From Chthoniobacterales bacterium (GTDB lineage: Bacteria > Verrucomicrobiota > Verrucomicrobiia > Chthoniobacterales > Chthoniobacteraceae), in assembly GCA_038318725.1 (NCBI GenBank), contig JBBQCM010000012.1, forward strand, positions 13,788 to 77,787: a stretch of 64,000 nucleotides of DNA. The letters are read 5' to 3'. The notes beneath the pieces were generated by a model that was given only the letters and a program-made list of their open reading frames with translations, ran no database searches and had not been told where the DNA came from. This document shows positions 57,021 to 64,000 of this stretch, piece by piece. Both the position numbers and the translations under genes were made by a program. Every line of letters starts with the position of its first letter. Positions within the stretch are counted from its first letter, which is position 1.

Positions 57021-57196
57021 CTCGAATTGGCGCAGCGACCGCGGAGTCCGCTTTCAGAACGTCCTTTGCGTGACACCTCCCACCGGGAATCTGTATTCAG
57101 GCGCGTGCCTGTTTCCTCGCAAGTCTCCGTCAAAGTCCGGCTCCGTGTGACGCGCGGTGAGGAGGCGTTCGCCACCCGTTTCCCGCCGACTCCAGC

Positions 57197-58000
57197 ATGA
57201 AACCCCAAACTGTTCCCCACGCCGTCTCTCTCGCGCTCACTCTCCTTATGGTGCTCGGCACGGCCGGTCACGCTGAGGAAAAACCCGCGCCGCTGCTCAT
57301 CGCCGCCGCCGCGGATTTGAAGTTCGCGCTCGACGAGGTGCTCGCCGGGTTCCGCAAAGCGCACCCGGAGCACGAAGTGAAGCCGACCTACGGCTCTTCC
57401 GGCACGCTCTTCGCGCAGATCGACAACGGCGCACCCTTCGACCTTTTCCTGTCGGCCGATGGGAAGTTTCCCCGCCAGCTCATGGAGCGCGGCAAAGCGG
57501 AGAAGGACTCGCTCTTTCTCTACGCCATCGGCCATCTCGTCGTGTGGGTGCCGAAGAAATCGCAGCTCGACGTCGCGCAACTCGGCGTGAAGGCGCTGCT
57601 CGATCCGGGTGTGCGGAAAGTCGCCATCGCCAATCCTGAGGTCGCCCCTTATGGAGCGGCGGCGGTGGCCGCGCTGAAAAAGCTCGGCGTGCATGAGGCC
57701 GTGAGCGCGAAGCTCGTGCTGGGTGAAAACGTGGCGCAGGCCGCGCAGTTCGTGGAATCGGGCGCGGCGGAGGCCGGCGTGATTTCCCTCTCCCTCGCGC
57801 TCGCGCCGAAAATGAAAGACGCCGGACGATTCTGGGAGGTGCCCGCGGATTCCTTCCCCAAGCTGGAACAGGCGGGAGTCATCCGCGCCGGCGCAGCGAA
57901 TCGCGCCGGCGCGGTGCAGTTGCGCGATTTTCTCGTCTCGGCCGCGGGCCGGGAGGTTCTCAAACGCTACGGCTTCGTCTTGCCGGACGACGGGAAGTGA
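57197..58000 (+). CDS. modA: Molybdate ABC transporter substrate-binding protein
   Basis: Signal peptide, then YGSSGTLFAQIDNGAPFDLFLSAD, a ModA hallmark. Confidence 0.85.
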   Translation: MKPQTVPHAVSLALTLLMVLGTAGHAEEKPAPLLIAAAADLKFALDEVLAGFRKAHPEHEVKPTYGSSGTLFAQIDNGAPFDLFLSADGKFPRQLMERGKAEKDSLFLYAIGHLVVWVPKKSQLDVAQLGVKALLDPGVRKVAIANPEVAPYGAAAVAALKKLGVHEAVSAKLVLGENVAQAAQFVESGAAEAGVISLSLALAPKMKDAGRFWEVPADSFPKLEQAGVIRAGAANRAGAVQLRDFLVSAAGREVLKRYGFVLPDDGK

Positions 58001-58677
58001 TGGACTGGCCGGCGCTCTGGCTCACGGCGCGCCTCGCGCTCGTGACATCGTGCGTGCTGCTCCTCATCGGCGTGCCGCTCGCGTGGTGGCTGGCGACGAC
58101 GACATGGCGCGGGCGCGTCTTTGTCGAGGCGATCGTCGCGCTGCCGCTGGTGCTGCCGCCGACGGTCATCGGCTTCTATGTGCTCATCGGGCTTGGGCCG
58201 AAAAGCCCGCTCGGCCACTGGATCGAAGCGCTGGTCGGATATCCGCTGCCGTTCAGCTTCGCGGGGCTCGTCGTCGGGTCGGTGCTTTACAGCCTGCCCT
58301 TCGCCGTGCAGCCGTTCACCGCTGGTTTTCGCTCGGTGAATCGCGACCTGCTTGAAGCCGCGTGGAGCGTGGGCGCAACGAGACTGCGGACCTTTTTTCG
58401 CATCGCCATCCCGCTCGCGTGGCCGGGTCTGCTTTCCGGCATGGTGCTCAGCTTCGCCCACACGCTGGGTGAATTCGGGGTGGTGCTCATGGTCGGCGGC
58501 AACATCCCCGGCGTCACCCGCACCGTCTCGGTGTCCATCTACGACGCCGTGCAAAGCCTCGACTACGCGCAAGCCGGGCGCACCGCGGCGGTGCTCCTGA
58601 TCATTTCGTTCATCGTCCTGAGCGTGACCTACAGCCTCCAGCGCGATTTCCGACTCTCCCCGACTCGCTCCCGCTGA
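57997..58677 (+). CDS. modB: Molybdate ABC transporter permease
   Basis: ATGA overlap with modA. It has five TM segments and an EAA-loop region (AAWSVGATRLRTFFRIAIPLAWPG). Confidence 0.85.
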   Translation: MMDWPALWLTARLALVTSCVLLLIGVPLAWWLATTTWRGRVFVEAIVALPLVLPPTVIGFYVLIGLGPKSPLGHWIEALVGYPLPFSFAGLVVGSVLYSLPFAVQPFTAGFRSVNRDLLEAAWSVGATRLRTFFRIAIPLAWPGLLSGMVLSFAHTLGEFGVVLMVGGNIPGVTRTVSVSIYDAVQSLDYAQAGRTAAVLLIISFIVLSVTYSLQRDFRLSPTRSR

Positions 58678-58704
58678 CTGCCCGAACTCCCCATTGCCCT
58701 GAGG

Positions 58705-59214
58705 TCACTCTGACTGCAATTCCACCCGCTCCTCAGTCCGCGCCTCGAGTCGGTTCTGCATGATGATCCGCGCGCAGGCATTCCAGCGGAGGAGCGCATC
58801 GTCGTTGCCAGGCGGACGGAGGGCTTCGGCTTTTTCGTAGCTGGCCATGGCTTCGCGGAGGAATTCGTAGGCTTCGAAGCCGGCACCCGGACCGCCGTGG
58901 TGGAGCTGCGCCTTCCCGCGGCGCTCGGAGAGAATACCGGAGTAATAGGCGCGCTCATAGGGATCGCGCAGGCGGGCCAGGACTTCGCCGGCCTGCATCA
59001 CGCCAACGCCGTAGCCTTTGCCAAAGCGATCCGTCAGAGCCAGCAGCAGGGTGATGAGCGCCTCATGGTTCTCCGGATCAGCGCTCAGGATGTCGTGGCA
59101 GACGCTCTCGGCTTCGCCCGGTTCGTTGAGCAGGCGGTAGCGCATGGCTTTCTCGAGCGCCGCAGGGATGGCTTCTTTGGAGAGGGGTTTGAGGTCGAAC
59201 AGGGGTTCGTTCAT
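58705..59214 (-). CDS. Hypothetical helical protein translationally coupled to sdhB
   Basis: Start reset to MNEPLFDLKPL (ATGA overlap with the sdhB stop at 59211-59214). No family recognised. Confidence 0.5.
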   Translation of the reverse strand: MNEPLFDLKPLSKEAIPAALEKAMRYRLLNEPGEAESVCHDILSADPENHEALITLLLALTDRFGKGYGVGVMQAGEVLARLRDPYERAYYSGILSERRGKAQLHHGGPGAGFEAYEFLREAMASYEKAEALRPPGNDDALLRWNACARIIMQNRLEARTEERVELQSE

Positions 59215-59957
59215 GGGTTCGGGCGGATTTTTTTGAGCAGCCATTTGAGCGGATCGTAGAACTCGTCAACCACGCGCTCCTTCAGCGGGATAATCGCGTT
59301 GTCGGTGATGGTAATCTCCTCCGGGCAGACATTGGTGCAGCACTTGGTGATGTTGCAGTAGCCGATGCCGTGGGCCTGTTTCAATTCCTCGATCCGGTTC
59401 TCGGTGTCGAGCGGGTGCATCTCGAGCGCGGCGACGTGGACGAGGAAACGCGGGCCAATGAACTCCTCGTGCTTGTGATGCTCGCGCAGGACGTGGCAGA
59501 CGTCCTGGCAGAGGAAGCACTCGATGCATTTGCGGAATTCCTGCACGCGGTCGATGTCGGTCTGCGCCATTCGCCAGGTGCCATCGGCGGCGTCGGGCGG
59601 GCGCGGCTTAAACTTCCGGATCTTTTTCTTTACGCGAAAATTCCACGAAACATCGGTGACGAGATCCTTCACCAGCGGGAAGGTCTTCATCGGCTCGATG
59701 GTCACGGGCTGGTCGAGCGGCAGGGAATTGAGCCGCGTCATGCACAGGAGTCGAGGGAGGCCGTTGATCTCCGCCGAGCAGGAGCCGCATTTGCCCGCCT
59801 TGCAATTCCAGCGGCAGGCGAGGTCGTTGGCCTGTGTCGCCTGGATTTGGTGCACCGCATCGAGCACGACCATGCCTTCGGTGACTTCGGCCGTGTGGTC
59901 GGCGAATGCGCCGCCCTGCGCGTCGCCGCGCCAGATTCTGAAAGTCGCGGTCTTCAT
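59211..59957 (-). CDS. sdhB: Succinate dehydrogenase / fumarate reductase iron-sulfur subunit
   Basis: 2Fe-2S ligands (CRWNCKAGKCGSCS), 4Fe-4S (CIECFLCQDVC) and 3Fe-4S (CNITKCCTNVCP) clusters. Confidence 0.9.
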   Translation of the reverse strand: MKTATFRIWRGDAQGGAFADHTAEVTEGMVVLDAVHQIQATQANDLACRWNCKAGKCGSCSAEINGLPRLLCMTRLNSLPLDQPVTIEPMKTFPLVKDLVTDVSWNFRVKKKIRKFKPRPPDAADGTWRMAQTDIDRVQEFRKCIECFLCQDVCHVLREHHKHEEFIGPRFLVHVAALEMHPLDTENRIEELKQAHGIGYCNITKCCTNVCPEEITITDNAIIPLKERVVDEFYDPLKWLLKKIRPNP

Positions 59958-61768
59958 TTCATCTCCTCGATGATTTGCTTCAACTCTGCCGGCATCTCCG
60001 GAAGCGGCTCACGCCGCACCTGCATCGTGCCGTCGGGCTGTTTGCGGAGCACGATGTTGACCTTGGCGGAGGCCGCATCTTTCTCCGGAAAGTCGTCGCG
60101 GAAATGGGCGCCGCGGCTCTCCTTGCGCTCCAGCGCGGAGCGGGTGATCGACTCGGAGACGGTGAGCAGATGCGTGAGATCGAGCGCGGTATGCCAGCCG
60201 GGATGGTATTCGCGATGGCCCGCCACGCCGACGGCCGCGGCCCGTTCCCAGAGCTTTTGCAGGCCATCGAGCGCGCGGGTCATTTCATCCTCGCGGCGGA
60301 CGATGCCGACGAGATCCTGCATCATCTCCTGCAAGTCGGATTGAACGCGATACGGACTCTCAACCTGCGCGCCGCGCTCGAAAGGCTCGACCGCTTTGCG
60401 CGCCAGCGCTTCGACCTGGCTCGCGTCGGTGACGCCCGCCGCGTTCTCCTGCGCGAACTTCGCGGCAAACTGCCCGGCGCGCTGGCCAAAGACGAGCAAG
60501 TCCGAGAGCGAGTTGCCGCCAAGCCGGTTCGCACCATTGATCCCCGCGGCACATTCCCCAGCCGCAAAGAGCCCGGGAACGCTCGACATCTGCGTGTCCG
60601 CATCCACGCGAATGCCGCCCATGACATAATGGGTCGTCGGTCCGATTTCCATCGGCTCACGGGTGATGTCGATGTCGGCCAGTTGCTTGAACTGATGGTA
60701 CATGCTCGGCAGCTTGCGCTGGATGTGCGCCGCCGCATCCGGGATCTTTTCCTTGATCCAAGCGATGTCGAGATAGACGCCGCCATGCGGACTGCCGCGC
60801 CCTTCCTTGATCTCCCGCACGATGCACCGCGCGACGTGATCGCGCGTCAGCAGCTCGGGCGGCCGCCGCGCGTTCTTATCCCCTGTGCAATACCTCCAGC
60901 CTTCCTCAGGCGTGTCCGCGGTCTGCGCTTTGTAGGCGTCGGGGATGTCGCCAAACATGAACCGTTTCCCGTCCTTGTTGAGCAGGACGCCGCCTTCGCC
61001 GCGCACGCCTTCGGTGACGAGGATGCCCATGACGCTCGGCGGCCAGACCATGCCGGTCGGATGAAATTGCACGAACTCCATGTCGATCAGTTCCGCCCCC
61101 GCGTGATAGGCGAGCGAATGCCCGTCCCCGGTGCCTTCCCAGCTATTGCTCGTGATCTTGTAAGCGCGCCCGATGCCGCCGGTCGCGAGCACGATCGCCT
61201 TTGCCTTGAAAATCTTGAACCGCCCGCGCTCGCGATCGTAAGCCAGCACGCCGGCCACGCGCGCGCCGTCCTTGAGCAGCGCGACGACGGTGTGCTCCAT
61301 GTGGACGTCGATGCCTTGATGGATGCCGTGGTCCTGCAGCGTGCGGATCATCTCCAGCCCCGTCCGGTCGCCCACGTGGGCGAGCCGCGGATACCTGTGG
61401 CCGCCAAAATTGCGCTGGAGGATGCGGCCGTCCGGGGTGCGATCGAACACCGCGCCCCACGCTTCGAGTTCGCGCACGCGGTCGGGTGCTTCCCGCGCGT
61501 GCAGCTCGGCCATGCGCCAGTTGTTGATGTATTGCCCGCCGCGCATCGTATCGGCGAAGTGGACCCGCCAGCTATCGCGCTCATCCACGTTCGCGAGCGC
61601 CGCCGCGATGCCTCCCTCGGCCATCACCGTATGCGCTTTGCCGAGCAGCGATTTGCAAATCATCCCGACGGTGACACCCGCGGCCGAGGCCTCAATGGCT
61701 GCCCGCAAGCCCGCCCCTCCGGCACCGATAATGAGAACGTCGTGTTCGTGGGTGGGGTAGTCGGGCAT
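59954..61768 (-). CDS. sdhA: Succinate dehydrogenase / fumarate reductase flavoprotein subunit
   Basis: Start reset to MPDYPTHEHDVLIIGAGGAGLRAA (FAD fold). It has a covalent-FAD His region, and its stop overlaps the sdhB start by 4 nt. Confidence 0.9.
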   Translation of the reverse strand: MPDYPTHEHDVLIIGAGGAGLRAAIEASAAGVTVGMICKSLLGKAHTVMAEGGIAAALANVDERDSWRVHFADTMRGGQYINNWRMAELHAREAPDRVRELEAWGAVFDRTPDGRILQRNFGGHRYPRLAHVGDRTGLEMIRTLQDHGIHQGIDVHMEHTVVALLKDGARVAGVLAYDRERGRFKIFKAKAIVLATGGIGRAYKITSNSWEGTGDGHSLAYHAGAELIDMEFVQFHPTGMVWPPSVMGILVTEGVRGEGGVLLNKDGKRFMFGDIPDAYKAQTADTPEEGWRYCTGDKNARRPPELLTRDHVARCIVREIKEGRGSPHGGVYLDIAWIKEKIPDAAAHIQRKLPSMYHQFKQLADIDITREPMEIGPTTHYVMGGIRVDADTQMSSVPGLFAAGECAAGINGANRLGGNSLSDLLVFGQRAGQFAAKFAQENAAGVTDASQVEALARKAVEPFERGAQVESPYRVQSDLQEMMQDLVGIVRREDEMTRALDGLQKLWERAAAVGVAGHREYHPGWHTALDLTHLLTVSESITRSALERKESRGAHFRDDFPEKDAASAKVNIVLRKQPDGTMQVRREPLPEMPAELKQIIEEMK

Positions 61769-61775
61769 CGCGGTG

Positions 61776-62561
61776 TCAAAGAATTCGCCAGTCAGTCCAG
61801 ATGCCCATCGCGCAGAGCCGCACATACACGTCCGCGAAACCGACGGAGAACAAGCTCATCCACGCCCAGAGCTGATGGCGCCCATTAAGGCAGCTCACGC
61901 AGCGCCAGCTCTTGTGGCAGAGCGGCACCTTCGAGGGTTCATCGAGAAACCCGCCGATCAAGTGCCGCAGCGAGTGGCAGCCAAAAGCATAGCCGCTCAG
62001 CAGCACCACGTTCACCGCCAGCACCAGCGTGCCCACGCCGATGCCGAAACCATCCGCAAACCACATCGCCTTCCAGACATCGTGGGTGAGAAAGACGAGA
62101 AAAAGCAAAGCCAGGTAAAGAAAGTAGCGATGCACATTTTGCATGATGAGCGGCAGGGACTGCTCACCCAGGTAGGTCTTGCGCGGCTCGCTCACCGCGC
62201 ATCCCGGCGGATCGGCCCAGAACGATTTGTAATAGGCACCGCGGTAGTAATAACACGTCAGCCGAAACAGCCCCGGCACCCACAGCACCAGCAGCGCGGG
62301 CGAAAAAGGCAGCCAACCCGGCCACCATCCCGGCTTGGGCCCGAACCAGCTATGTGGCGACTGGCCGAAAATCTCCGGCGAGTAAAACGGCGAAATGTAA
62401 GGCCCCGAAAAGTAGGAATTCCCCTGCAGCGCCGCCCAGGTGGAGTAAACGACGAACGATCCCAGCCCGAGAAAGACCAGCAGCGGCTTCACCCACCACG
62501 CATCGCGCCGCATCGTCGCGCCGAACGAGCGGGGCGGCAGGGTGGCGTCTGTGGGAATCAT
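61776..62561 (-). CDS. sdhC: Succinate dehydrogenase cytochrome b subunit (single large di-heme type)
   Basis: 5-TM hydrophobic protein with conserved His residues, located upstream of sdhA. The start is uncertain (alternative 62642). Confidence 0.7.
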   Translation of the reverse strand: MIPTDATLPPRSFGATMRRDAWWVKPLLVFLGLGSFVVYSTWAALQGNSYFSGPYISPFYSPEIFGQSPHSWFGPKPGWWPGWLPFSPALLVLWVPGLFRLTCYYYRGAYYKSFWADPPGCAVSEPRKTYLGEQSLPLIMQNVHRYFLYLALLFLVFLTHDVWKAMWFADGFGIGVGTLVLAVNVVLLSGYAFGCHSLRHLIGGFLDEPSKVPLCHKSWRCVSCLNGRHQLWAWMSLFSVGFADVYVRLCAMGIWTDWRIL

Positions 62562-62789
62562 CGAGGGATCGCTTGGTTTTGCGGAGATGGAGCCAGGAGA
62601 AAAAGTCTTGAAGCGATGAGCGGGGCGCGAGTCAACTGCCAAATCATCTGCGTCGCGCTGCTTTGGAGTCTTTACGGCGGCGAGTCGAGCGGGCGCACGC
62701 CGTTCCCGTTTTCATCCCGGAAAAAATCGCCCGGCCCATTTCCAGGCGGCGAGAGCAAGCCTATGACTGGAATCGCCTGAGCGAACTAG

Positions 62790-64000
62790 CTACCGCCGAT
62801 TGAGGATCATGTTCGCAAAATTCACCGCGCGGGCGCGGCCATCGGCGTCGGTGAGGAAGACGATTTGCTCGTCCACATACATGCCCGGCGACAACGCACA
62901 GACGTGGCGGTTCATCGGCGTGAGCCGGTAATCCACCATGTTTTCGGTCATCGCGTAGAGATGGCCGTGGCGCTCGCTGATGATGAGCGGGATGAAGTCC
63001 GGGCCGTAGCTGCCGAGGTAGGCGCGCCACTCCGGCGGCAACCCGGGCGGGTCGGCAGGGACGCGCGTGTAGGTTTGCGGGTCCTTCGCGCCGAGCGCGA
63101 AGCCGGTGACTTTGCCCGCGGCACTGCGCTCGAAGGTGACGGGCGAGGCATCCTCGATGCGGCTGTCTGCGGCGAACTTGAGCCCGGCGACCGGGCTGAA
63201 CTTGGTCGGCTGCCCCGACAGGTCGCCGACAAGCTTGCCGGCGCGCACTTCGATCCGCGCCCAGTAGCTTTGCGATTCGTAGTCGCCGGTGAACTGCGTG
63301 AGTTCCTCGGCGGGCTGGCTGGCCGGTGGTTGCGCGGGCGGTCGTTCGCCGAGCTTTGCTTCGAGCAGGAGCGAGAGTGCGGCGTTGCTGATGCGATGAA
63401 TGCGTGCGTTCACGATGTCTTCGTTCCCGAGCACGATGACCCCAAGCTTTTCCTCCGGCAGAATAACCAGCGACGTGCTGTGCCCATAAACCGCGCCGCC
63501 GTGGCTGACGGTGCGGTGTGCGCGAAATTTTCCGACCATGAAGCCGAGGCCGAAGCCGGTGTCTTCCTTCGTAAGTTGCGGCCGCCACATTTCGGCGAGC
63601 GTCGCCGGCTTCACGAGTTTGCCGTCATTCGCGATGAGCGCGGAGGCGAACTGGGCGACATCTTCGGCAGTCGAGAACAGATTCCCGGCTGGAATCGTGC
63701 CGAGATCGAAAAGCGGCGCATCGCGGCGCGTCCAGCCGCCATGCCCATCCGCGACCCGCATGTGCGAGAGGATGATCCGTTCGCGCGGCGTTTTCGCGAG
63801 CGTCCACGCGGAGCTTTTCATCCCGAGCGAACCGAGAAGATGCGCACGTTGATAGTCCTCGAACGACTGCCCGGTGACGCGCTCGACGATGTGACCCGCG
63901 ATGCTCGCGGCGAAGTTTGAGTAGCGTGTCTTTTCGCCGGGCCGTGTGGCGAGCACGCCGGGTGCGATGCTGGCGACGGTCGCGGCGAGGATGGGGTGCG
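62790..64000 (-). CDS. Beta-lactamase-family serine hydrolase with extra C-terminal domain (5' end lies beyond the window)
   Basis: The frame is open to the window edge. It has a YSN motif (KTRYSNFAASIAGHIVE) and an HSG/HST box (GHSTSLVILP) of class C beta-lactamase/esterase-type proteins. The SxxK block must lie upstream of 64000. Confidence 0.75.
   Translation of the reverse strand, partial: HPILAATVASIAPGVLATRPGEKTRYSNFAASIAGHIVERVTGQSFEDYQRAHLLGSLGMKSSAWTLAKTPRERIILSHMRVADGHGGWTRRDAPLFDLGTIPAGNLFSTAEDVAQFASALIANDGKLVKPATLAEMWRPQLTKEDTGFGLGFMVGKFRAHRTVSHGGAVYGHSTSLVILPEEKLGVIVLGNEDIVNARIHRISNAALSLLLEAKLGERPPAQPPASQPAEELTQFTGDYESQSYWARIEVRAGKLVGDLSGQPTKFSPVAGLKFAADSRIEDASPVTFERSAAGKVTGFALGAKDPQTYTRVPADPPGLPPEWRAYLGSYGPDFIPLIISERHGHLYAMTENMVDYRLTPMNRHVCALSPGMYVDEQIVFLTDADGRARAVNFANMILNRR

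Noticed and set aside
1-64000. CRISPR arrays, rRNA and tRNA genes
   Set aside because: No regularly spaced direct repeats with unique spacers, and no intergenic region of suitable size showed tRNA-like acceptor/TψC features on visual inspection. A tRNAscan/Infernal run would be definitive.

Overview
The window reads as a high-GC (~65%) chromosomal segment from a Verrucomicrobiota/PVC-type genome. That placement is an inference from the gene content: PEP-CTERM protein, DUF1549/DUF1553/DUF1501 trio with a planctomycete-type CxxCH domain, delta-60 repeat protein, ThuA-dehydrogenase-HEAT protein. Gene density is high and nearly all long ORFs on the opposite strand of real genes are GC-frame artefacts. 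Housekeeping genes: ahcY, rplM-rpsI, gltB-gltD, rpmI-rplT-pheS (no pheT follows), putA, sdhC-sdhA-sdhB, modA-modB, a flotillin gene and ddpX. Accessory loci are interspersed. (1) An ECF sigma/anti-sigma pair heads a fused circularly permuted ATP-grasp + alpha-E (DUF404/407+DUF403) protein and a 117-aa unknown protein. (2) A membrane-anchored TIR-like/TM/TPR protein sits beside a wHTH regulator and a HAD hydrolase, and the HAD gene is bracketed by two copies of a GTTGAGR-heptamer inverted-repeat element. (3) Three tandem DltD/AlgJ-like SGNH paralogs are followed by an MBOAT acyltransferase, divergent from a VanX-like D-Ala-D-Ala dipeptidase. (4) A 2.7-kb insertion-like segment carrying a secreted 837-aa protein is flanked by ~40-bp direct repeats of the gltD 3' end. 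(5) A lower-GC (~50%) islet holds a decayed P-loop ATPase (OLD/AAA_15-21 type) gene, a frameshifted duplicate of its 5' end and an SD-led 22-aa ORF. (6) Two CotH-kinase-family secreted proteins are present, one with EF-hands and one with lamin-tail domains. (7) A ThuA-dehydrogenase-HEAT protein ends in an azurin domain. A ~110-bp nested palindrome sits directly upstream of pheS. No rRNA, tRNA or CRISPR array was found by eye.
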